Assembly: GCA_043228905.1 (NCBI GenBank)
Contig: JBHGNT010000013.1
Span: 1,178,001-1,242,000, forward strand
Origin: Azolla caroliniana
Taxonomy: Eukaryota > Plantae > Polypodiophyta
DNA: 64,000 nt
Reading direction: 5' to 3'
This document shows, one piece after another, positions 37,546 to 46,877 of the stretch. Both the position numbers and the translations under genes were made by a program. The notes beneath the pieces were generated by a model. It searched no databases, was not told where the DNA came from, and saw only the letters and a list, made by a program, of their open reading frames with translations. Within the stretch, counting starts at the first letter, position 1. Every line of letters starts with the position of its first letter.

Positions 37546-40006
37546 CAATGAAATGCCTCTTGTAAAGCATATGAATAAAAAAATTATTGTCCAAAAGAGG
37601 AATATTCCCACCTTAGCAATTAATGGAAAAAGAGCTACATATGTTTCATATTCAATCTCATTTAAACACCTCATGCACACACTTGTGTATCTCATTTAGT
37701 TTATAATTGTTGGAAGATAAGGGGAATAATGCTCCATGCCATCTACATGTATGATTTGGGAAGATTATCCATCACAAGTTTACCATAATGATGAGAGGAG
37801 AAAATACCCAAAAGAAGGCATTGGCATTACATGAAATATCTAAGCAAATCTAGACCTCCCAACAAGAGGATTGTGATCTCTTAAAGTATATAACCATAAT
37901 AGTATTTGTTGTAAAGTGCATGCTTTGCAACTAAAGTTAGCATGTATAAATCTTCAATGAGGAGTTTTCAGCTACTATCCTTATTCATAGTCTTAGTTTC
38001 ATATAATGCACAATACTCATTCGCCTGTAAAATGATGGCTTTACAACTTTGACTTTGACAAATTTTCCAAGATATGAAGAATGAAAAGGACTGCATTTCC
38101 TTATACGGACAAATGAATTATTATGTGCTTGTTAACATTAGAACTTGTCTTTTTCACACTCCGTCTTTTTGATAAAAATGATAGGCCAATGTTGTGAATC
38201 CATTTTCTCGCTCCTATCGTTCCACAACAAATGAAAAAGACAGGTCTTGCAAAGCCGAGTTTGGAGTAGTTTGAGAGCGTGCATCATTTCAAACTCAAAC
38301 CATAAATAATTTTTACCTGAATTCCCAACACCAAACATATTTCTTGAGAATTAAGCCTATAGCAGACATGTGCATCCTTTCAAACTTGAAGAATAAATAG
38401 TTTTTTCTAATTTCACAACACCGAACATATTGCTCAAGAATTAAGCCTACAACAAACACGTTTCAAAGAACAAGATTGTCGAGAACATGATCAAATTTAT
38501 ACTTTAAGCCTTATTATCCATTAAACCCATTAAACTATAGTACATGGGGACGTCAAAGTATCTTATATGATGTATACAGACATTGATTTTACATCGTGCG
38601 TTAGCATGTAACGTATTATTTGTTATATTTAAATTATATTATTTTATTCATTGTGTATACTTCAAGGCCATTAATTTAGTAACAAACTTAGAATAATAGT
38701 TTGTGTGTGCACTCATAGTGCCACAACCTAGAGAACACTAATATTAGTTTATTTGAATAAATTTTTGAAGAAGCCAACCTATATTTCCTCAAAAGAGAAG
38801 GAAAACCCCACCTACAACTTTGTGGTGGCGAGTGTTTTATGTTGTGATTGTACGATTGAGAATGAATTTGATGGTCATGACGCGCAATGTGAGAATCGTG
38901 ATGCCTCACTCATCCTCTCAAGGTTAGTTTTACCTACTACCATAGAATAAACAAACATGCTTTTTTCACCCAGTGCAAAATGGAGGGAGGAGAACACACA
39001 ACATATGCTTTCATATCACTTAAGCATACGTAATAGACCCCCTTTTTTTTAATGGAAGAGAACACAATGCATATGCTTTCATATTGCATGAGCATCTATA
39101 ATAGACCACTTCCGAGGATAGGCTCTATTCACATATTTTACTTGGTTTTGAAATGTATGATGAGCACAATCATACACATCTCATTGATTGTATATAATAA
39201 TAATTCAGGATTGACTAGATATTACAACCATTGATATTGTGTGTGGTGCAAAATGCTCCCCCCCATCCTCCCCCCCCCCCCCCCAAAAAAAAAAACCTTT
39301 AGGTAGATAACCTTCATTATGTAGTTGCAAAAAGTTTGAATTGACCACAACATCACGATGTTATCGAGATATTCTTCAAAACGTTGTCATTGTCTCTTAT
39401 CGAAAACTATCAACAGTTGAACATCCAGAAACAAATGTGTGAGAGTATAGAGAATATCAATAGAATATTGGTAAAAGCTACACAAGCCATGTGCCCTTCA
39501 CAAAATAAGAGAGTTAGCAAATCGGAAGGAAGAGAAAAAAACGAGCGATCGAGGGCGAAGGTAGTAAGTAAGAGAAAAAGGTAAATGAGTGATGGAAAGT
39601 TAAAATAAGAAAGAGTAGCATAAAGGAGAGGTCGAGAGTTAAAAAGGAAAAGTGGAATTTGTCTTTGCTTGTTGCAAAGCAAGTTGTTGAAGCATCCAAG
39701 GGGGTCAGTGTCTCTTCTCAAGAGATGACATTGGTACTCTATCATTATTTAAGAAAGAGCGAGGGCGGCAAAAAAGCTTGGCCCATGTGCAAATCACTCC
39801 AAAGTGCATGTAGATAAGAGGACCGAGCGTGTGGATGTACCGAAACTTTGTGCAAAAGGAACGAATGAAGAATATCATCGTGTCAATAATATCGTAAATC
39901 ATATGCCATGGCGAGAGAACCCCATCATGCAATCACTCATTACCAGTAGTAAAAGCATGTAGAGATGGATTGCAAGGGTCTACCTGAACGACGACGGATC
40001 GCCGCA

Positions 40007-40144
40007 TATATACATACATACATACATACATACATACATACATACATACATACATACGTCATACATACGTCATACATACATACATAGATAGATTATCATA
40101 GAAAGAAGATGAAGATGAAGATTTATTTTGGTCTTCATACATGC

Positions 40145-40180
<36 letters not shown>
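40007..40180. repeat. (TACA)n and (AG)n microsatellites upstream of the SAMDC-ODC promoter
   Basis: Directly visible. Confidence 0.9.
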
Positions 40181-40184
<4 letters not shown>

Positions 40185-40261
40185 AAGAACCAAACTATAT
40201 ATGTATAAATTATAATGTATATGAAGAAGATTCGTAAGGGCGAGGTGCCATCCGAGGTGGC

Positions 40262-40363
40262 AGGACACGTGGACTGGACTGCCACGTGGAGAGAAGATAA
40301 TGGAGTGACGATGGATTTGAGGCCCAGGGCGTGACACGTCGGATGGGCTCATGGCTATAAAAA
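40262..40363 (+). promoter_or_regulatory. Core promoter of the SAMDC-ODC gene: two G-boxes, an ACGT element and a TATA box
   Basis: CACGTG at 40266-40271 and 40283-40288; GACACGTC at ~40333-40340; CTATAAAAA at 40355-40363, followed by a pyrimidine-rich leader. Confidence 0.7.
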
Positions 40364-40562
40364 CGAGAGGGGAGGCGCAGGTTCTTTCATCATTCTTTGC
40401 GTTCTCTCTGTTTTTAGCCCTGCTTTCCTTTCCTCTGTCTCTGTCTTTCTTCTTACCCTAACCCTAACCCTAACCCTAACCTAACGCCGTTTCCTTATCT
40501 TCCCTTCGCAAATTCCGGATCTTTTCTGCCTGCTCTCTCTTCTGCCATCGCTTCCACGGTTC

Positions 40563-41035
40563 GTATGTTTCTGTATCTGTTCAGAGAGAGAGAGAGAGAG
40601 AGAGAGGTTTATTTCGCTGTATAGGGTATCACACACACTCTCTCTATATCTTTCTGAGAAAGAGAGACAGAGAGAAATCGAGGGAAGAAGAATCCCCTCG
40701 AGTGAGATGATATACATTTACACACACACACACACGCACGCACGCACGCACGCATATATATATGCACAGAGCTTTTTTCCCATCGTTAGTGGAGCTAGAA
40801 AGGATAGATCTGGTGTTTTCCTCTCGTTTTGGTGTTGTTTCGGAGCTTTTTTTCCATCGTTAAGTGGAGGTAGAAAGGATATTACTTGTTATGGACTGAA
40901 ATGTGCCTTCAATGGTCGAAGATAGATAGATAGATAGATAGATAGATATAGATCTGTGTGGAAGGCTTTGTTTGTTCAACGTTTTCCATTTTAAAAAATC
41001 TTACTCTGCTGTGTATGTATTGTGTATTGTGACAG
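40563..41035 (+). other. Predicted leader intron 1
   Basis: Donor GTATGT at 40563 (alternative GT at 40559); acceptor TGACAG ending at 41035. Microsatellite-rich interior. Leader introns are typical of plant SAMDC genes. Confidence 0.6.
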
Positions 41036-41068
41036 AAAGAAGAAAGGGAGATTGAACAAAACATTCGA

Positions 41069-41077
41069 ATGTTATAA
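41069..41077 (+). promoter_or_regulatory. SAMDC 'tiny' uORF (ATG TTA TAA) overlapping the small uORF start by one nt (TAATG)
   Basis: Same geometry as the known plant SAMDC tiny/small uORF pair. Confidence 0.9.
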
Positions 41078-41865
41078 TGGAGACTAGAGGAGGCGTGAAG
41101 TCAAGTTCACACCAATATGAGAATCCCCTCGGCTATACAATCGAAGATGTCCGGCCAAATGGTGGGATCGAGAAGTTCCGCAGTGCTGCATACTGCCACG
41201 TATGTCTCTTCTTAATCATCATGAAAATTCTCGTCTAATGCCGTTTCTTCTTGAGTGATTTTTATATTTCAAAAGAATTCTTACATCTTACTGCACATTT
41301 TTCTACACGAGGAATGTAAATTTCAATCTATAATTGAATTATCAAAATACTTGGGATCTATAGATATCTATATATCTGTTAGATATGTGTGACCTCTTGA
41401 TGTTTTACATTGTCTCCTACTGTTATATCACAAAGCATCTATCTGTATTCCGAAGTGGACGATGTTATTATATACATGATAATGCATGAACTTTTGATGT
41501 TTTACATGGTCTCCTACTATATATCACAAGGCATAGGTCTCTCACTGTTATATAACAAGGCCATCTGTATTCTGCAGAGGATGGTGTTTATCATATATAT
41601 GATAATGCATGAAATTTTGAGGAAATAGCTAGCATCTTTCTGCTGTTTCACAGAAAATATTGTCGGTTTTAAACACATGGACATTCATTCACACATATCT
41701 GTGTCCCTGTCTGTATTGTCTCGCAAAGAATGTTGGATGTTCTTATTCTATAGTCTTACTAGAAATTTGTTCTTGTCAAGAAAACTCTTTTTATGTTTTC
41801 ATATCAAGCATTCACTAATGTTGTTCGTCTTTTGCTCTTTTCAGTGTGCCAGGAAGCCCTCCTGA
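41077..41865 (+). CDS. SAMDC conserved-peptide 'small' uORF, 47 aa, exons 41077-41199 and 41845-41865
   Basis: METRGGVKSSSHQYENPLGYTIEDVRPNGGIEKFRSAAYCH/CARKPS*, matching the plant SAMDC uORF consensus YEAPLGYSIEDVRPNGGIKKFRSAAYSNCARKPS. GT..AG intron 41200-41844 in phase 0. Confidence 0.95.
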
Positions 41866-41891
41866 TGACTGTGCCAGGGAGAGCAATTTAA
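41865..41891 (+). promoter_or_regulatory. Third uORF (MTVPGRAI*) overlapping the small-uORF stop (TGATG)
   Basis: TCC TGA TGA CTG: ATG at 41865-41867, TAA at 41889-41891. No other ATG before 42000. Confidence 0.55.
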
Positions 41892-41999
41892 CAAGAACTT
41901 CCTAGTTTTTGTTAGGATAGGTAGTTAATACATATTTGGGATTCGGTGTTCGTAGGCTCTTCTGTTACTTCATTTCTTGTCTTTTGTCGAGGCGGCGTG

Positions 42000-44423
42000 A
42001 TGGGCATTCTTTTCTACCCAGAGGAGGGTGAAGTATTGCAGCATGATGATGTCCATTTAGATTCTAGCGAGCATTTTGAGGGTGTGGAGAAAAGGTTACA
42101 AGTTGAATTTCTCCATTCTGATTGTTATGGTGATTCCTCCAAGGGCTTGCGAAGCCTATCCAGGCATGATATTGAACAAGTTCTTTCGGCAGCTAGATGC
42201 AGCATTGTGAAGAAACTAAGCAACGATGAGGTTGATACTTATGTGTTGTCGGAATCTAGCCTTTTTGTGTATAGTCACAAGGTCATCATCAAAACATGCG
42301 GAACTACGAAACTTCTCAATGCAGTTCCAGTGTTGCTTGACCTGGCTTCTAGGCTGTCTTTGAGAGTGAAGGGATGTAAGTACAGCCGAGCTATGTATGA
42401 TCTTCCTGAAAAACAGCCGTTTCCTCACGGAAGCTTCTGTGATGAAGTCGAGTTCTTGAATGGTTTCTTTGGGAATCTCGGAACGGGCAGCAAAGCGTAC
42501 GTGTTGAATGATCCGACTGGACCTCAGAGTTGGCACATCTACTCTTCATATGTGACTTTTGATGATGGTTTAGATGGTGAAGCTGTAATCTATACATTGG
42601 AGATGTGCATGACACAATTGAGCCGAAAGAAAGCGGCCAAGTTCTTCAAAGCCATTTGTAATTCAGCTTCAGAGATGACTAGGGAATCAGGCATTGGCAA
42701 ATTGCTTCCAAATTCGGAAATTTGTGACTTTGCCTTTGACCCGTGTGGATACTCCATGAACTCAGTGGAGAGGGGAGCTGTGTCAACTATCCATGTAACC
42801 CCTGAGAAAAAGCATAGTTATGCAAGCTTTGAAACAATGGGTTATGGCCCAGAGGATGTGGATCTTTCTGCTCTAGTTAGTGATGCCCTGGGTTGCTTTC
42901 AGCCAGGGGTTTTCTCTGTTGCAGTTCATGTTAGCGGTTTATCAGATGCCAATCTGGTGAGTGGTAACTCGTGGCTCTCGCCTGTTTCCATTTATGGTTA
43001 TACTCATACTTCTACTAGTGTGGAAGTGCTGCCTGGAGATGGGGCCATCATGTTCCAGACCTACAGGGAGGATTCATCATCGTTACTCTCCAAAGCTCTG
43101 ACATTCTCCCTAAAAAGTGAAATTCCTGTGAAAGGATCAGATAGCGGCAACTTGTGGAGTGTGGACAAGAGCCTTGATATTGCTCTCTCTGAGGTAGAAC
43201 AGGTTTTGTGTGCTATTAATCCAGTGTTTATTGGTAAGACCCACAAGGATGTCGATGAAACGATGAAGAATTGGATTATCAAGAGCAAAACAGAGGAGGC
43301 CTTTTATGTGATGGATGTAGGTGTAGTTTTGCAGCTATGGAAGACATGGAAAGTATTGATGCCACGTGTTCATCCATTTTATGCTGTAAAGTGCAACTCG
43401 GATAGAGTGCTATTGTCTCTATTATCGGCTCTTGGAGCTGGTTTTGATGTTGCAAGCAAAGCAGAACTTGACCTTGTTCAAGGCCTGGGTGTTGGGTCTG
43501 ATAGGATCATTTTTGCAAATCCTTGCAAGTTACCATCTCATGTTGTTCATGCAGCCAGTCAAGGGGTTCATCTTACAACCTTTGACTCTGAATCAGAATT
43601 ACGCAAGCTTCATAAACTGAATGCTAAGGCAGAGGTAGTTCTTCGCATTCGAGTCTGTGATCCTGGTGCAAGGTGTCCTCTTGGTGTGAAGTATGGTGCT
43701 GAGATGGATGAGTGTGAGGATTTGCTTACAGTGGCCAGAACACTTGGTCTGCAAGTAGTTGGTGTTGCTTTTCATGTGGGCAGTGGTGCCTCGGATGCTG
43801 CATCTTTTGCATCGGGAATCTACCAAGCAAGACAGGTATTTGATATGGCAAAAAGACTTGGCATAACATCCCTAAGGCTATTAGATGTTGGAGGGGGGTT
43901 TGTTTCCGATGGTGGTCATGGTGTTTCTTTCGAGGCTGCAGCTAAGTCCATCAATGAAGCTCTAGATATGTATTTCCCATGTAGTATGGGGGTATCTGTG
44001 ATAGCTGAGCCAGGTCGTTTCTTTGCCGAAGAAACATATACACTCGCAACACAAGTGTTTGGTAGCCGTGTGCGTAGAGGGAATGGAGGAGAGCTAGTTG
44101 AGTATTGGGTCAATGATGGGATTTATGGGTCCATGAATTGTTTGCTGTATGATCATGCAATATTATCGGTAAGGCCATTATGCATTTCATCAAACTCAGA
44201 TATCGGCAGGAATGAGGATGACAATGGAAAATGCCGGTCTACAATATTTGGTCCCACATGCGATGGTCTTGATACTATTATGGAAGGTGTCTCATTACCC
44301 CGCATGAGTTGTGGCGATTGGCTTGTTTTCTCAAGGATGGGGGCCTATACCAAAGCAGCTGCTTCCACTTTCAATGGTTTCGATATCAGTGGGATGAAAA
44401 CAGTTTGTGTTTGTTCCATATAA
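42000..44423 (+). CDS. SAMDC-ODC: Bifunctional S-adenosylmethionine decarboxylase proenzyme / ornithine decarboxylase fusion (807 aa, intronless)
   Basis: SAMDC aa ~1-357: FEGVEKRL, YVLSE|SSLFV self-cleavage site, KTCGTT, TLEMCM, FDPCGYSMN, TIHVTPE, SYASFE. ODC aa ~430-807: FYVMD, PFYAVKCN (PLP Lys464), GFDVAS, IIFANPCK, FHVGSG, LDVGGGF, AEPGRFF, NDGIYGSMNC, LYDHA, GPTCDGLD, MGAYT, FNGF. The ATG at 42000 has a strong context (GTGATGG); the ORF-track GTG at 41946 is unlikely to be the start. Confidence 0.95.
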   Translation: MGILFYPEEGEVLQHDDVHLDSSEHFEGVEKRLQVEFLHSDCYGDSSKGLRSLSRHDIEQVLSAARCSIVKKLSNDEVDTYVLSESSLFVYSHKVIIKTCGTTKLLNAVPVLLDLASRLSLRVKGCKYSRAMYDLPEKQPFPHGSFCDEVEFLNGFFGNLGTGSKAYVLNDPTGPQSWHIYSSYVTFDDGLDGEAVIYTLEMCMTQLSRKKAAKFFKAICNSASEMTRESGIGKLLPNSEICDFAFDPCGYSMNSVERGAVSTIHVTPEKKHSYASFETMGYGPEDVDLSALVSDALGCFQPGVFSVAVHVSGLSDANLVSGNSWLSPVSIYGYTHTSTSVEVLPGDGAIMFQTYREDSSSLLSKALTFSLKSEIPVKGSDSGNLWSVDKSLDIALSEVEQVLCAINPVFIGKTHKDVDETMKNWIIKSKTEEAFYVMDVGVVLQLWKTWKVLMPRVHPFYAVKCNSDRVLLSLLSALGAGFDVASKAELDLVQGLGVGSDRIIFANPCKLPSHVVHAASQGVHLTTFDSESELRKLHKLNAKAEVVLRIRVCDPGARCPLGVKYGAEMDECEDLLTVARTLGLQVVGVAFHVGSGASDAASFASGIYQARQVFDMAKRLGITSLRLLDVGGGFVSDGGHGVSFEAAAKSINEALDMYFPCSMGVSVIAEPGRFFAEETYTLATQVFGSRVRRGNGGELVEYWVNDGIYGSMNCLLYDHAILSVRPLCISSNSDIGRNEDDNGKCRSTIFGPTCDGLDTIMEGVSLPRMSCGDWLVFSRMGAYTKAAASTFNGFDISGMKTVCVCSI

Positions 44424-46877
44424 GTAGAGTTTATATTATTTTCATACTAAGATTTGCCGTCGCTGCCGCCTCTTAATGATCATAGTAGTTGGTATATCTT
44501 TATATAATTCAGCATATTATCATATTTCTAGCCTTTTGCAAACCGTAACCTAGCTTTAATGATAGTACTTTCCTTGCTTTTGAAGATCAAGTCATTATAT
44601 ATTTTTGTGTTCTTGGTATTAAGTTTATACAACTAAATACTGTGTTTGGGTACATCATAATGTTTTGATTATGTGATCATGGTGGAAAATTGAGTCAAAG
44701 ACTGGTAATTAGAAAGGATAAATAAACATGGTGGAAAAAAGGTTTCTTCAATGTTGACTGTAACTGAAAAACTCGATCTGTGGCCGTAACAATACACGGG
44801 GTACTCCAGCCCAATTTATTGCCTAAAAGTAAGTGCTTATCTAAAATTGGAGCCATAGCATTAGCTAAAATTGGCGCCATAGCAGTTGCTGACTTTTTTC
44901 ACATATGAGTAGGTTCACTTAAATGGATTCCTATTTATTGTTGTATGAAAGCTAATGATAGAACGCATTCATGTTGGTGACCTCTTAAGACATGAGGAAA
45001 TTTCATCACCATTGGATGAGATGGAAGAACCAATTTGGGGCATTGCTTTCCTTCCAAGCCTATGGAATGAGCATTCCCCTACAAATTACAATGGCTTTTA
45101 TCATAACAAAATTGTAGATTTAGTTTAGTTGGCCTTGTCAACAACTTAATTGTTCATTCAAGAGTATCATCCAGTTGGAGGAATTATCTTCCACACGTGT
45201 CTTATCTCAAGAGGTGGAGGAAATTTTTTATTCGACATTTTGACCATAACCATGTCTTAGGATGTTTTTACTTTCCGACCAACATTTTCTAATTAATTGA
45301 AGACTTTTCCATTATGGACCAAAGCTTCTTGCACCATTTTGTATCCAGGTAATGGGGAACAACCTTGCCTTCTTCAAACGTTTTTTGTGGCGAAGATTCT
45401 AGTGAAAAAAGAACGTTGTCTTTTGATAAGTCTTACCGAAGTTCTTTAGCCTTAAATGTTAATGGATTTTGATCCCCCAATACAAATAAGTGTTACCAAA
45501 GTTCTTTAGACTTAAAAGTTCATGGATTATTATAATTATCTACTAGAAAAAAATTTGGATACCTACCAAACAAATACTGTTATCATGGAAGAATACTATA
45601 TATATAGTGGGAGTAGAACCTAGTAGGGTGATTATAGTTGGAAACACGTGATTCAAGGTTGAGAAAGTAACGAAGTGTTTGAGATTTGTTGGGTATTTAA
45701 GAAATATAGCCAAGTTTTCCAAACTACATGAATAACCTCATGGTGCACAATTCACAATGACAATAATTATTTTGGTTGTTTTTAAATCTTACGGGTAAAT
45801 ATCCAAAATGTGCGGTATTTTTATATTGATCTCCACAAGATAAAGCAAATGTTTACTGGAATGGCTTCCATATGAGCAACAAATCGAAAAATTTGTGCAT
45901 GGCTAAGATGCAAAGTGTGATTGCTCTTACTCAAGCTAATTATTGAAGTGGTGCTGAATATTTTTGGAGGTGACTTTTTTTGACATGTAGGTATGTTCAA
46001 ATCTTCTTCTTTATGGCCATACCAATGACATACCACAGCAAAGTAAGGAACCTCCTTGTTGCAAAGTTAAAACACGTGTTGAAACTAGCTTTTCAAAGGA
46101 AGGACCGGATTATATGTGTAATAATTGGACTTATCCATCAATGCCTATATTTGAAATTGTTTACGTGCTTGCTTAAGATGGTTTTATTGTATATGTGATG
46201 GTTTTGCGTCAACAAAGAAGCAATGTTCTTATTATTATTAGTTGAGTTATACACCATGATAAGGTTTACATACATGTAATTTTGCAAGTGAGCAAAAATA
46301 TGTAATTCAATGGTCTTTCACAACCGCATAAGAGCATCAAATGAATGAACAAGGTTTGAAAACGAGATACATGGTAAAGATTATTGGAAATGATTGTGCC
46401 TTTTTCTCCTTTAGTAACTTGGTGGTTCCTAACTATTTCAAAAGTGTCAATTGCAAACTTGGAGGTGTCAGATGGTTGGAAACATGCTTTGTTAGAATTT
46501 TGGAGTCATGATATTGATCCGCCATCACACAATCATCAATTCCAATATGTTCAAGCCATTTTCAATAGCATTTTCTACCAAAGGGAGGTAAAAGATCAAC
46601 AAATGTTCACTTTTGTAAAAAAACAATTTCCAAAAAAGGAGCCTAAACCCTAAACCCTAAACCCAAAATTTCTCATTAGTTAGGAGACATTTTTACAGAA
46701 AGACTATACAAGGTGGCTTATATATAATCGGGGAATCACCCCTGACCGAGTTCAAGAATATGAGACTAAGTACATATCCTCTCATACTTTCTACTTAATG
46801 TAACCGGTGATGAATGTCACTATTTTATAGCTCTAGGTTCACTTTTGTAGATTTATTTATTTTACATAATGTGATAC

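Noticed and set aside
41677-41865. 62-aa ORF ending CARKPS
   Set aside because: Only the last 6 codons are meaningful (exon 2 of the small uORF). The rest is intron.
41946-41999. ORF-track start of the 825-aa protein
   Set aside because: It is a GTG in pyrimidine-rich leader sequence. The first ATG (42000) has a strong context and gives a normal SAMDC N-terminus.
43290-44423. C-terminal domain as arginine or diaminopimelate decarboxylase, or an inactive antizyme-inhibitor-like homologue
   Set aside because: PFYAVKCN, FANPCK, LYDH and GPTCDG are eukaryotic ODC signatures with the catalytic Lys and Cys intact. Dual lysine/ornithine activity cannot be excluded.
46642-46664. (CCCTAAA)3 as a chromosome end or fusion scar
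   Set aside because: Only about three units; such short interstitial motifs are common in plant DNA.
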